A stretch of 64,000 bases of DNA from Ostreococcus lucimarinus. Taxonomy: Eukaryota. The stretch lies in NCBI GenBank assembly GCA_000092065.1, contig CP000598.1; one strand, given 5' to 3'. Both the position numbers and the translations under genes were made by a program. The notes below the pieces were generated by a model that saw only the letters and a list, made by a program, of their open reading frames with translations, was not told the origin of the DNA and searched no databases. This document shows positions 42,925-53,988 of the stretch, piece after piece. Each line of letters starts with the position of its first letter. The stretch's first letter is position 1.

Positions 42925-43761
42925 TCAGACTGATCGATATTCATCCGTAAATTCGATTTGACTACCGACTAAACTCGATGCTAGAGACCGCCGTGCTACA
43001 TCGCACGGTTCCGTTTGGCAGTAATCGCGTCGAATTGACAAACACGCCGAGTCTTCACATCGAAATATGGTACCTCGATAAACTTCGCCCGCTGCAGTGC
43101 TCAGTTTACCGACTTGGTAACTCGCAGACGCCATCTGTATTCTACACTCCGACCACGACCAACGATCGCCGCATGTATTCTCGCTCGGTGGGTGGGTACT
43201 GATACAATTTTCGTATGCATTTGCCATCGTAGCGAAACTATCCAAGGCTTCTCTCGGTATGATGGTGAACGTGTCCGTCATAAAAGAAACTTCTCGACCT
43301 GATCCAACACTATTCCCGTCCACTTCGTCGCGATAGATCACCATTCCATTGAGAACAAGATTTCTTTTAAGCCCATACCACGTCTCTCCAGGCGGCAGTC
43401 TAGCGTAATATTCTATGTCTGTCCTCGTCAGGATGAAGTGATCGAACTCAACGTCACTTCGATTTCCGTACGCTTGTACGTCTCGCAAACACTCGCGCTG
43501 TCGATAAACTTGGGGATACCCTGCAGAAACGCACCCTACCTCGCCTACGCGCCCGTGTGGTTCCACGTCGTAGACGCGCAGAGATTCTAGCGAGAACCAA
43601 GAACGTAGCTCGGTTTCGACGTCGACGTTCACGCCCTTCTTATCAAGATGTAGAAATACGTGGACTTTTCCGCCGATCAAAAGTGGAGCAAGTACGGCGT
43701 CGTATATATGATCTTGGATATCCTTGCGCACGAGAGTGCGCACCTGACCAACGATGCACAC
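42925..43761 (-). CDS. Hypothetical protein (278+ aa); the N-terminus may lie further upstream.
   Basis: ORF only. No family recognised. Confidence 0.3.
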   Translation of the reverse strand: MCIVGQVRTLVRKDIQDHIYDAVLAPLLIGGKVHVFLHLDKKGVNVDVETELRSWFSLESLRVYDVEPHGRVGEVGCVSAGYPQVYRQRECLRDVQAYGNRSDVEFDHFILTRTDIEYYARLPPGETWYGLKRNLVLNGMVIYRDEVDGNSVGSGREVSFMTDTFTIIPREALDSFATMANAYENCISTHPPSENTCGDRWSWSECRIQMASASYQVGKLSTAAGEVYRGTIFRCEDSACLSIRRDYCQTEPCDVARRSLASSLVGSQIEFTDEYRSV

Positions 43762-44137
43762 CGCGAAAGTCGGCGCGTGTGCTTTCGGCGCGTCGTCTGC
43801 TGTTCGATCGCCCGGTTGGTCAACGCGCAGGTGTGAAGAACCGCGACGTCCATGGTTTTTTCACCCGAGCGGCGAGCGTTAACGCTCAGCTTCCGATCAT
43901 GAGCATTAATCCGTCGTGCGCATGCGAATGCCGTCTCAAAGTGGAGGCGTGGTATCTACATTCCGACTGGTTAAACGTGCCGCCGACTCGTAATTCGAGT
44001 CACGTATCATCGGCCTTTTTTTCTTCTCTCAGCAAGGGCGTGCAAGGCACGTCAGTCGACGACGATCGTTTTAAAAAACCGCACACTGCGCACGCGTGCA
44101 TGCCACTAAATCTCTATCTTCGAAGCCGCGCGCGCGC

Positions 44138-45181
44138 ATGGGATCGCGTAAGCAACGCGTCGCCGTTGTCCTGGCGCTCGTTGCCCTCGTCGCTGGAGGT
44201 GGACTAGTGAAACAGCTGGACACGCGCGGGTGTTCGAAAGATACTTCAGCCGCGACGGTAAGTGGCGCTTCGTCATCAGCTCAACCACGCTCGACGGGAG
44301 CTGAATCGCGAGACAATAAACGCGAGACGCCACCTATCGATGCTGTCTCCGCGACGAAGATTGATGATCGAGCTGAAAAGTACGCTATAATCGTCCCTAT
44401 GCACGCCGTCACGCAGCTCGAAGTCATGAAAACCACGTGGAAAATATTTCCACCTTGCGCTGCCGATGCGCGAGCCGCACAAATAATTGATTTGATTTTC
44501 TTATCCGACGTAGACCTCTCGTCGCTCGACGTCACAGGGGGTCACTGCTTTCAGCGAGTGTATCGCCTGCGACCGTTCATCCCGAGCTGCTACAACGTAT
44601 ACGCACAAGCACCACCGTATTGCTTCTTCACGATGATACTTCATCTCGACTTAGACCGTACGTACGACGCCATACTTCAAGTAGAAGCTGATTCCGTGCC
44701 CGTGAAATCCAATTGGTTGGACGCCGCCGTGGAAAACATATTAAAGCCGACATCGGGCGAAGTGTGGATACACGCAGCGAAAAATGAACGCGGTGGAAAC
44801 AATTTCAACGGTAATGGCGCGTACAACTTGCAAAATGACGAATTTCGTCAATTCATAATAGGTTACAGGGAATGGTTTTACACAAAGGCGGTCAACTCTG
44901 GCGACACGGCGTTCGATACAAACATGATTACGTTTGCAAAAGAAGTGGGGTCTTTCGGAAATTTCTCCAACACGCATCTGCGTGCGTCGAAAAGTCTTCG
45001 GAACTGCGATCTCATGTCCCTGACAGCGTGTCGGTCGGCGGTGGATGCGTCCACGTGGGGCGGCGCGACGCCTGAAGCTCTTTTCGTTCACAGTCACGAT
45101 CTGAAAGATCCTTCGCGAGTGAGGAGTCAAATCTTGGTGGAAATGCTTGGTAGAGACGATGGTATACGGCAATTCAAATGA
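44138..45181 (+). CDS. Type II membrane protein, possible Golgi glycosyltransferase (about 347 aa).
   Basis: The first in-frame ATG (44138) gives MGSRKQRVAVVLALVALVAGGGL anchor followed by a large lumenal domain. No confident family. Confidence 0.4.
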   Translation: MGSRKQRVAVVLALVALVAGGGLVKQLDTRGCSKDTSAATVSGASSSAQPRSTGAESRDNKRETPPIDAVSATKIDDRAEKYAIIVPMHAVTQLEVMKTTWKIFPPCAADARAAQIIDLIFLSDVDLSSLDVTGGHCFQRVYRLRPFIPSCYNVYAQAPPYCFFTMILHLDLDRTYDAILQVEADSVPVKSNWLDAAVENILKPTSGEVWIHAAKNERGGNNFNGNGAYNLQNDEFRQFIIGYREWFYTKAVNSGDTAFDTNMITFAKEVGSFGNFSNTHLRASKSLRNCDLMSLTACRSAVDASTWGGATPEALFVHSHDLKDPSRVRSQILVEMLGRDDGIRQFK

Positions 45182-45193
45182 GTATGCTTGCGA

Positions 45194-45508
45194 CTATTGA
45201 GTTTTCGACATGCTGATGATTTCTTCGTACAGGGCGTCCCACGCCGCCGGAAGCGCTCGCCCGCACTTATCGAGAAGAGTGTACGGACAGCGGACACCCA
45301 TGGCAACATTATTCACGCGTATCGGACGCAGATCTGCATCAAACAAATCTTTATTCAACGCATAACGATTTACTTGCCGCTGCTGCATGGTCACTTCTAA
45401 TTGACCGATGCGTAGGACCTCCTTGAAGTTTGGAGTCTCTGTATGCAAGAACATCGTGTCGCCGCAGTCGCCCAAAACGCCAACTTCCACATAACTCTGC
45501 GCTCTCAA
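45194..45508 (-). CDS. Hypothetical ORF (104+ aa), frame open further upstream; possible terminal exon.
   Basis: ORF only. Convergent with 44138..45181. Confidence 0.2.
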   Translation of the reverse strand: MRAQSYVEVGVLGDCGDTMFLHTETPNFKEVLRIGQLEVTMQQRQVNRYALNKDLFDADLRPIRVNNVAMGVRCPYTLLDKCGRALPAAWDALYEEIISMSKTQ

Positions 45509-45699
45509 AATCGAGCGGACGTCCTCCTTCGGTCGCGCGATGGTGAAAATGTGAACCTATAAAACCGCGCGTGTGCGTCGTACGACGCCGAAGTGCTAGT
45601 AAATGTTGCCCACTCCGACTGCACCGGTCGTTCTCACGCGTCCATCGACGCCGATACGCGCCGCGTCGCGGTATGCGTTTATCGAAAAAGTCTGAATGA

Positions 45700-45990
45700 C
45701 CCCCTGAAATTTCAGGGGGTCTATGAGTCACTAGACCCCCTGAAATGTCAGATACTTTCTAGACCGTCTAGAAAGTGTCTGCGAGCTATACCTTATAAAT
45801 TGTGATCAATCGGGCCTAGTGCGTCGATAAGTGATGATGATTACAAGGAGCTATCATTGATTAGTTCATTAATGAGTGTTAACTCGTCAATTAGTCATCC
45901 TAGGTTAACTAGGGGAAGCTATACTTCATATTTTACTCTTCAGATTTCTAACAGTGTCTGACATTTCCAGGGGGTCGAATCAGTAAGATC
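45700..45990. repeat. Cluster of palindromes and inverted repeats: perfect 20-bp palindrome 'ccccctgaaatttcaggggg' (about 45706-45725); 'ctttctagaccgtctagaaag'; inverted pair 'gaccccctgaaatgtcagata' (45735) / 'gtctgacatttccagggggtc' (45960). Includes the 85-bp arm 45781-45865 whose inverted partner is at 61842-61925.
   Basis: Reverse-complement comparison by eye. 85-bp arm 'gcgagctataccttataaattgtgatcaatcgggcctagtgcgtcgataagtgatgatgattacaaggagctatcattgattagt' vs revcomp of 61842-61925, about 90% identical. Confidence 0.7.
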
Positions 45991-46127
45991 CGTGTTCATG
46001 CCTAGAGATTTGAGCGCTCGGTGACAGCGGCAGCTTCCTGAAACGCTCCTCCAGACCCGGACGAGAGCGAGCCGTGAAGCCGTGCGCAAAAGTTCGGCGG
46101 TCGTCGATAGGTCTGGCAACGTCGGTC

Positions 46128-47060
46128 ATGCGTTGGTTGAGGGGACGTGGTGTCAAGGCGATAATGTGCGTCGCCCTTGTCGCAGGTTTCGCCAAGGTAC
46201 CAGATCTGCACGTCAATAAGTATACTATGACACAGACACTGCAAGGCGACGGCTTTGGTTCACAGTTTCAAAATATCACATCTACCGCGGCTGCTCTGCA
46301 CGTCAATAAGTGTACTATGACACAGACACTGCAAGGCGACGGCTTTGGTTCACAGTTTCAAAATATCATATCTACCGCGGTTTTCGCTCAAACCTTGAAC
46401 AAACACTTTTGCGTGACCCCTATCGAAAGCATGGAGCACAACTACGACAATCGCTCAACGTTCCTTCGAGAAGTCAGCGAACTGATTAATTTACCAGTAC
46501 TTTCAAGTCAAGAGGACATGGACATTGAAAAGTGCGAGGTTAAAAAAGGCTGGCTGGATAGCTACATAGTTCAGGAAGCAAATCAGTTGGACGTTCGTAC
46601 AAAATTGGGTAACATTCGAAAGCAGTTCTTGGGTAACAAGCGCTCGTTGTCGGAACTTCGTAAACACGCTGCCGTGCACATCAGGAGGCAGAATTCTTTT
46701 GATAATCGAAACACTGTTTCTCATGATGAAGTCGTGTGCTTTGTGATGAGGGAAATTCTCACTCAAAACAGCAATATTCAGTTTCATGTATTTAGCCAGG
46801 GCGATATTTCGGAGTTTTGGCGCTACCAGAACGATTCAAGAATCGTCCTACGTCTCGACGAACCCATCAACGTGACGTTCACTGAAATGGTTGTCGCCAA
46901 AATTTTGGTCACAGCCACGTCGTCATTTAGCTATGCAGCAGCACTTCTCTCAGAGGGTGAGATATGGGCCCCAAGACCGTTCTGGCACAACTACCCTTCC
47001 TTCTGGAAGACATATCAGCTTTCTCGTACATTGTCTAACTTTGAGACATGCCTACCATGA
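46128..47060 (+). CDS. Membrane-anchored hypothetical protein (about 310 aa) containing a 90-bp perfect tandem duplication (about 46210-46299 and 46300-46389, peptide HVNK[YC]TMTQTLQGDGFGSQFQNI).
   Basis: Track ORF starts at GTG 46074; first ATG is 46128 (MRWLRGRGVKAIMCVALVAGFA). The tandem repeat is read directly. Confidence 0.4.
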   Translation: MRWLRGRGVKAIMCVALVAGFAKVPDLHVNKYTMTQTLQGDGFGSQFQNITSTAAALHVNKCTMTQTLQGDGFGSQFQNIISTAVFAQTLNKHFCVTPIESMEHNYDNRSTFLREVSELINLPVLSSQEDMDIEKCEVKKGWLDSYIVQEANQLDVRTKLGNIRKQFLGNKRSLSELRKHAAVHIRRQNSFDNRNTVSHDEVVCFVMREILTQNSNIQFHVFSQGDISEFWRYQNDSRIVLRLDEPINVTFTEMVVAKILVTATSSFSYAAALLSEGEIWAPRPFWHNYPSFWKTYQLSRTLSNFETCLP

Positions 47061-48372
47061 TACCAGTTTTAATTGTGGGGTGTTAATGCTATCGTTTGTG
47101 AGACACACTCGAGCGCCCTGTAGACTACTCGACTCTATCGCAGTACAAGTTCAGACAACACCAGGCAGAGGGCGTAGGCTAAGCCCCTTTTGCCCGTTCC
47201 CTCTGCCGCACTCTAAGAGCCTACTGCTGTCACAATGGTGCACGCGCTAGTAAGTATATTTTTCCTTCGGGGGTAACCTAGGCGAGTTTTTCTTATTCTA
47301 AAGCTAGTTAGTCAGAGTACTTTTTTATTTTGTGATGGTGACCGAATACAGCGAACACGGTGAAGTCGTCACGTGTGCAAGTCAGTGGCAGTGGCGGGTT
47401 AATGACTTTTCTAGATGAATTCTTTAGTTTGTACAATTCATTGGACATCGATGACCATGTTGATTGGCAGATGTTTAGCACTGCATTACACGAGTACGTG
47501 TTGCTGCTTTGAAAACAATCGGTGGTGACGATTTGTGAGACGAAACAAGGAGCGTATATCTGTGACGTCAGAATACGACGATGCACGGCATAACATCTTG
47601 GAAATTGAGCGCACGTGAACTCTCTGACATAGCACTGCATCGCAAGAATCTCTTAGTCGTCGTTGAGCGTTGTAAAACACCACACGCGCGTCAGCGTACA
47701 TTGTCTGTACAAACTGTCAAATTGTGATTGCGTGAGTACTTTGACGCTCAAGTGAAATCGAAGAAAAAATCCAGGTCCAACATGTTATTCAAAACAACTT
47801 ATTCATGCGTGTAAGTGCATGCAATGGCCGAAAGAGTCAGCGTTGCGGAATCCAGTCAAAGCAAGTTCAGGCTTCCTCAAAACGTTTAACATAATTTTTT
47901 GAATTCTATTCCCGGGTCCATTGGGCGTGAGGGTCGGCGCCACGTTTGCGAAACAGTCAAAATCACGCATGTCGACGAATCATGACTCATCACGCAGTCC
48001 CTCCGCCCCAGCATGATGTTCTGAAATCTGTGACGATCTTTGACGACCGAGTGCGCCGTCGACACGTGCTGCACACCGCTGGAAATCGGTGAACGATGTT
48101 AAAACGAGTGTTGAACGCGTGATCGTCGTTTCACAAGCGCGTGCACGGGTCGTGTGCGATCGCTCGCTCATCAGATGACGCATTTCTGAAAATGGGCGAA
48201 ATAATGTGCGTGTATGTAACCAGTCACTAAAGTGCCTACCTAGGTTACGATTTTGTCAGTTTCGGATCAAAACCGATTGCTGATGGTGATCTTGATTATG
48301 AGCGCGCACAGAGCTGATTCTACCATCATAACGAATCATCCTGACACTTTCTTCACCACGAACTGTCTGTCT

Positions 48373-49344
48373 CTACAACCCCTGGCAGAGCACTTGAGCA
48401 ACATGCCGCATGTGGCGAAATCGCATGTTCAAGAATAAATCGTCGGCGCAATCATGATTCAAACCTCTTGGGAGGTATTCAAAGCCCAACGAGGTGATAA
48501 AGTCGCGAAGTTCATGCTCGCCATGCTGATCAGCGTAGCCGGTAACCACTAGCTCCGGTTGAATCCAGACAACTCGTTTCGATAGCCAATGCCGAGCCCC
48601 TTTGATAATCTCTAAGTCATGGCCCTGTGCGTCAATCTTCAACATGTCGATATATTGGACGCGGCCACCTTGAACACCTAGAGACTCTGACTTTGGAACT
48701 GACACGGACCAAGGCAGAAGGGTAAAGAAATCATGAAGATTCCAAACAGGGACCTGAATTTCATTCTGCACGTCAAACTTGACCGGTTTGTGTAAGCTTG
48801 ATGTCCCTGGATCACCAGCGGTCGCGTAAAATGTCTGCAAGTGTAGAGGAGAAGAGCCCATCGCCACACAAGATAAAAAGTAGCGTTTGCCAACTAAGTC
48901 CAACGGCACACAGAGGTCTCCTGTGGAGCAAGCACAACCCTTCAGTATGTTCTTGCAACTTGTCGGATTAGGCTCAAACGCAAAAACTGTCAGCTGATCC
49001 GGATCGGAAGTGCTGCTGAACCATAAGGCGGAGTTTGGAGCGTTGTAAGACTCACCAATAGATATTTTCACACGCCGCGTATGCCTCGGCAGTGCAATTT
49101 TTCCACGCCGCAGGTGCACTGGAAGTAAGGCACGCGTGGCGTGACGAGTGCGCGAGATATCTTTGATACGTTCGGCCCCTACGAGTGGATCACTTTTTGG
49201 TTCTTCACAGCTACTCCCAAGTGAGTCGCTGTACGATTCAGTCACAGGAAGTCCGCGTGCTGACGCAAACGCAAGGAGTACGAGCGAACCCAGCGAACCG
49301 AGCAAACAGCCCGCAACCAACCTAAATTTCATACTGAATTTCAT
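48373..49344 (-). CDS. FkbM-family methyltransferase domain protein with N-terminal signal/anchor (about 324 aa).
   Basis: 'MLKIDAQGHDLEIIKGARHWL' matches the FkbM C-terminal block. Start placed at ATG 49344 preceding MKFSMKFRLVAGCLLGSLGSLVLLAFASA; an upstream in-frame ATG at about 49398 is an alternative. Confidence 0.55.
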   Translation of the reverse strand: MKFSMKFRLVAGCLLGSLGSLVLLAFASARGLPVTESYSDSLGSSCEEPKSDPLVGAERIKDISRTRHATRALLPVHLRRGKIALPRHTRRVKISIGESYNAPNSALWFSSTSDPDQLTVFAFEPNPTSCKNILKGCACSTGDLCVPLDLVGKRYFLSCVAMGSSPLHLQTFYATAGDPGTSSLHKPVKFDVQNEIQVPVWNLHDFFTLLPWSVSVPKSESLGVQGGRVQYIDMLKIDAQGHDLEIIKGARHWLSKRVVWIQPELVVTGYADQHGEHELRDFITSLGFEYLPRGLNHDCADDLFLNMRFRHMRHVAQVLCQGL

Positions 49345-50080
49345 TCTGACAGGGACTCGCACGTTCTCGTGTCGCTTAAAGCCCGTATTTTGCTCCATCT
49401 CTTCGCGGTCTAAATACTGTATAAAGTGGGTGTGTAGTACGCTCTTTTCCGTTCTTCGGCCTGGGTGTTCAGTATGCTGTTTCCGGTCTTCAGTTTCTTC
49501 ATCTCGACGGCTTCGGGGCGACCACTTTGGCCGGCGACGAGTTTGCCCTGTACCATAGGACATCGTGGCCGCACACAGCATTTCGAGGCCTATATATTAT
49601 AATATCTCTTGTTTTTGTCAGAGGCCTATTTCTCAGAAACATCGTGTCCTTATGCGAAAATGAGGTGGATTAAGAGATGCGAAATTCGAAAATAGAATCG
49701 GCGATTTATTCCGATAAGGGCCGTTTTTTCCCACATCGGAATGAATCGGGCCTTTGTATTCCGAAAAGATACTTGTCAAAATAGCGCGACTCGTCACGTG
49801 ACGAGTTAATTTTAGGGGGTCCTATTCCGACAACGCTATTCCGGCTATCTCTTTTGAAAAACTAGCGACGCGAAATGAAGACGCGCAGTCGCCCCACTAG
49901 TGCGCGTCACTTGTTGAACTCGTTCTTCACCGAACGGGGTTTTAAAGACGTACATGTGTCCTCAGGGAACCGCATGCGGATTGTCGTCGATCTCCTTTGA
50001 CCTCGGACGCTGAGGCCTCGGACCTTAAAGTCCCCGCTTCCGACGTAAAAAGTTCTGTCAGTGCGAGTTTTAGCCACGCT

Positions 50081-52366
50081 ATGAACTGGAGACTGAGTAT
50101 GTCGGAGTCGAAGTCGTTGTTGATTCTTCTCGTTGCATATGCATTTTGCAGCTCGACTCTCTTGATTCTCAATAAAGTTGCGTTGCAGACCATAAACTCG
50201 GGTACATTTTTGCTCCTACTACAGTGCGTGTTCACTTGTATGGCTCTTGGGACTCTCGACCATTTTGGATTTACTTCGGCTATTTCGCCTCTGGAGGCAG
50301 CCGAGCGCGAGCGATTTACTGTGGTGGTTGCCCTGTTCGTGACAACTCTATTTGCCAACATGAAATGTCTACAACTCGCAAACGTCGATACCGTTATCTG
50401 TATCCGCATGACGTGTCCTTTGTTAGTGAGTTTGCTCGATTATCTCTTTCTTGGAAGGGAGCTGCCCACTCGCACTTCAACCCTAGCATTGGTTGCAACT
50501 TGTGTGAGCTTTGCCTCATTTTTACTCGTTGAACAGAACTCTTCATGGATCACAATATTTTGGCTATCATTTTGGTACTGTGCTATGGTATTTGAGACCG
50601 TATTCGTCAAGTTTGTTGTCAGTGACTCGTCGCTTTCAACAGCGGCACAGTCCTTCTATCAAAATTTACTTGCGATCCCGGTGTTGACAGTGATATGGTT
50701 TTCCACAGAGATCCCAACTAGTGTTTTTGAACAAATTTCTTTGTCTACTTCGGAATTCTCCTTGGTTCTGTCCACTTGTATTCTCGGGTTAGGGATGAGC
50801 TACTTGTCGTTTGCTGTGCGTGAACGGGTATCGGCGACGAGCTTTTCAATGCTTGGTAATACGTGCAAGTTGATAACAATTCTAACGAATTATTTACTAT
50901 GGGAAAAACATGCTACAGGTGTTGGAACTTTTGCAGTCCTTTTCTGTCTTGCATCCAGTACCTTTTATCGCCAGGCGCCGTTGCGACATCCTATTAATCA
51001 TAAGGCGCAGTCATGGTTTCCCGCCCCTTGTACCATCAAGGCTACTGAAGAAGTCAATATGAGGATCATTGCAGCTGGGTTACTCGGTATCCTGGCGCTT
51101 GGCTTGCACTTTACTTCATATTTTCGTAGTTCTGTGAACTGGAACCTTGAAGAACAAACAGGTGTTTCTGGCGTTTCAGGAAAATTATTTACTGGTGCAC
51201 AAGTGCGGCAGTATTTTCCTTCGCATGACGATCGTCCTTCCAAGAAAAATCGTTCGACCTCTTCTCCCTTCTTTTCTGATCATATGTCTTGCGAAAATTG
51301 GGCCGTTTGTACCACCATCTTCGTCGAGTCAGACGCAGTGCGTGACGTTTGTAAAATACTACCGTCGTACTGCCTACTTGTCGTCGCAGATAAGAAAGGT
51401 CCACTAGAATACTTCATCGACGGGAACTGCACGTTCGCATACTTATCTGTAGAGCAACAAGAAGACATGTTAACAGACTCAGACTTCATCACAGAAACGC
51501 CGTGGAATCACTTTGGGCGGAAAAATCTAGGGTACTTGTTTGCAATAGCGAATGGTGCGAAGATGATATGGGATTTTGATGATGACAATCAAATAATCAG
51601 TTCAAAATTTTTTCTCGATCAGGCAGGAGAGCACCAACTAGTTACAGTCGAACCAATTACTTCGATGCTGAATCCTTACCCCTTACTTGGTGCCGAAAAG
51701 TTTTCCTGGCCTCGTGGTTTTCCACTCGACGGTATAAAAAACGAGGCATCACAACCAAGCGTTGACGATCTACGAGTTTCTGTCGTCGACTTCGAACGTG
51801 TCGGAGTACTGCAATCACTGGCGAATAATGATCCAGATGTTGATGCTATTTACAGGCTTCAGAGAGACCTGCCTTTCAGCTTCAAAGGCTGGTCGAGTCC
51901 TGCAAGTGTTTTCGTTTTGCCAGGCGCTTCTTTTGCTCCCTGGAATGCTCAAGCCACCCTTTTCAGGATGCGGGATGCACTCTGGGTTTCGTATTTACCT
52001 ATCTCTATTCATGGTAGGGTATCTGATATATGGAGATCATACATAGCGCAGCGACTTTTGCGGAACGTGTGTATTCACATCGCCTTCGCTGTGGAGCCAC
52101 TTGTTGTGCAACATCGAAATCAGCATTCCTACCTTGCCGATTTCGATGCGGAGCAAGATTTGTATTACAAATCAGGTAAACTGATCGAGCTTCTTGGAGA
52201 GTGGACCGCAAAATCTTCCTTTCCTCAAGAGCAGATTGTGGAGCTCTTCAGGATTCTGTATGAACATGATTATGTTGGAATCAAAGATGTTCGAATGATC
52301 GAACTCTGGATTTCAGAGCTCAACCGAGCGGGATACATCTTTCCAAAGAGCTGCAGTGTCCGCTAG
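50081..52366 (+). CDS. Single ORF fusing an N-terminal TPT/EamA-type (nucleotide-sugar/triose-phosphate transporter-like) 10-TM domain to a C-terminal STELLO-like (DUF288) putative glycosyltransferase domain (about 761 aa).
   Basis: N-terminal 320 aa is hydrophobic helices with the 'LQLANVDTVICIRMTCPLLVSLLDY' TPT pattern. An internal hydrophobic segment MRIIAAGLLGILALGLHF follows. The C-terminal 'CLLVVADKKGPLEYF...NHFGRKNLGYLFAIANGAKMIWDFDDDN' matches the DUF288/STELLO core (KN.GYL.AI.HGAK.I.D.DDD). No stop codon between the two parts. Confidence 0.55.
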   Translation: MNWRLSMSESKSLLILLVAYAFCSSTLLILNKVALQTINSGTFLLLLQCVFTCMALGTLDHFGFTSAISPLEAAERERFTVVVALFVTTLFANMKCLQLANVDTVICIRMTCPLLVSLLDYLFLGRELPTRTSTLALVATCVSFASFLLVEQNSSWITIFWLSFWYCAMVFETVFVKFVVSDSSLSTAAQSFYQNLLAIPVLTVIWFSTEIPTSVFEQISLSTSEFSLVLSTCILGLGMSYLSFAVRERVSATSFSMLGNTCKLITILTNYLLWEKHATGVGTFAVLFCLASSTFYRQAPLRHPINHKAQSWFPAPCTIKATEEVNMRIIAAGLLGILALGLHFTSYFRSSVNWNLEEQTGVSGVSGKLFTGAQVRQYFPSHDDRPSKKNRSTSSPFFSDHMSCENWAVCTTIFVESDAVRDVCKILPSYCLLVVADKKGPLEYFIDGNCTFAYLSVEQQEDMLTDSDFITETPWNHFGRKNLGYLFAIANGAKMIWDFDDDNQIISSKFFLDQAGEHQLVTVEPITSMLNPYPLLGAEKFSWPRGFPLDGIKNEASQPSVDDLRVSVVDFERVGVLQSLANNDPDVDAIYRLQRDLPFSFKGWSSPASVFVLPGASFAPWNAQATLFRMRDALWVSYLPISIHGRVSDIWRSYIAQRLLRNVCIHIAFAVEPLVVQHRNQHSYLADFDAEQDLYYKSGKLIELLGEWTAKSSFPQEQIVELFRILYEHDYVGIKDVRMIELWISELNRAGYIFPKSCSVR

Positions 52367-52743
52367 CAAGGTTTAGGATCGGTAAAAATAAAATTACACG
52401 CGTGTCGGTATTCGTTTCGTCGCTTCCGTCGGTTGCGCGCCACCGCTGGGCATTTGAAGTTAGCACTTCTCGATCGCCACGCGCGCGTTGTGGCGTCGTC
52501 GCGACTTATTAGCACTTCCGACGGCGCGCACGTATTAGGGACGTGGAGTGGAATACATACGTAGTTTTCTAATAACGAAAGAAGGAATTCGACTCACAAA
52601 TAAAACAAGTCATGAACACAAACACTTGGACGCGATGCGATGAACCGCAACGACCGTGGACGCCGTGTGGCTCACGCGTCGTATATAGCACTTCGCTTCT
52701 CTCAACGACGACAATGAGAACCGCGGGAGCATCTACTTGTTTT

Positions 52744-53988
52744 TCACTCTGGAAACAAGGTACGCGTTTTTCTTCTCCAGTGCTTCAAGATATCGGCAAT
52801 TGTGTTTGTGATGTTTGGGTCAGGAATCCACCCCGTCAGCTCTCGTATTTTCCTATTATCTGACAAAAGTATCTTCTCATCGTAAAGCCGCTCACGTGCA
52901 CCATCAAACAGCGTCGTGATGTCTGGTCTTGTTGACAGTGAAATCGCTGTGTCTAGGATGTCCTTCATTGAAAGTGCGATGCCACTACCGATGTTGTACG
53001 ACTCTCCAGGCTCTCCAAGGTCTACAAGTTTCGTTACCACTCGTGCAGAATCGCGGAGGTCAGTTATGTCCCTTTTTGTGGTAATGCGCCCATGTCTCAC
53101 CACTGGGCTTTGCAATCCGAGCTCGATCATTGCTATCTGCCGACAAAACTCTTGAGGTGCGAGACTCTCAGTCCCACCCGCTGAAACTTGGATAAAAAAT
53201 CGAGCGGTGACGACGTGCATGCCGTGGCTGTGCACATATTGCTGAGCAAGTAGGTCTGCTGCAACCTTGCTTACTCCATAAGGAGACACGGGCGCCAATG
53301 GTGCTTCTTCAGGTATGGCCCCTTCCCACGTATCAGCAGTTTTTCCATATTCTGTGCTTGAACCAGCCAGCAGAAAGCGCGTTTTGTTGGAGAGTCCTGC
53401 AAATCGCACTGCTTCTAGCATGTTGAAGGTGCCTTTGATGTTGGTATCTAAAGTCAGCTCAGCGGAGTCATATGAAACCCCGTTGATTGCTTGTGCAGCA
53501 AAATGGAAAATAACTGTTGGGCAGATTTCTGCGACCACCTGTTTGACACGAGTTCCGTCCAGAATGTCTCCACGAACGAGCTGTATGTTGTTCAATTCGC
53601 CTGCCAAATTTGACAGGTCAGATCGGTATCGCACAAGACCGTGAACCTCATACTTTCCTTCCTGTATCAACTGTTTCACAACGTAGCTGCCTATCATTCC
53701 AGACACACCTGTCACGAGAGCTCTTGGTCTTGCAGATAGAGCACTCAAGCAAGGCGTGTAATCTTTACTCTTTGCATTAAGATTTGTAGCAAAAGAGGAT
53801 TCCTCACGGTACATATGAGTTTTTGAAGGTTGAACATTGTATCGTGAAGTAACCGGGCTTGAAAGTCCTGATTTGAATTGCACAGCCTGATATGACGGAT
53901 GTAACACAACAGCTGCTAAAACAAACGATGAAACAGCCAATATTCGTGCAGTCTTTCCCAGCGTGTGCTTGAAGCGACTGTCGCGCAT
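52744..53988 (-). CDS. GDP-mannose 4,6-dehydratase-like short-chain dehydrogenase (GMD/Rmd family) with an N-terminal membrane anchor (414 aa).
   Basis: 'ALVTGVSGMIGSYVVKQLIQEGKYEVHGLVRYRS' (Rossmann plus GMD-type N-terminus), 'AGSSTEYGK' (catalytic S/T..Y...K region). Anchor ILAVSSFVLAAVVL about 60 aa before the Rossmann fold. Confidence 0.6.
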   Translation of the reverse strand: MRDSRFKHTLGKTARILAVSSFVLAAVVLHPSYQAVQFKSGLSSPVTSRYNVQPSKTHMYREESSFATNLNAKSKDYTPCLSALSARPRALVTGVSGMIGSYVVKQLIQEGKYEVHGLVRYRSDLSNLAGELNNIQLVRGDILDGTRVKQVVAEICPTVIFHFAAQAINGVSYDSAELTLDTNIKGTFNMLEAVRFAGLSNKTRFLLAGSSTEYGKTADTWEGAIPEEAPLAPVSPYGVSKVAADLLAQQYVHSHGMHVVTARFFIQVSAGGTESLAPQEFCRQIAMIELGLQSPVVRHGRITTKRDITDLRDSARVVTKLVDLGEPGESYNIGSGIALSMKDILDTAISLSTRPDITTLFDGARERLYDEKILLSDNRKIRELTGWIPDPNITNTIADILKHWRRKTRTLFPE

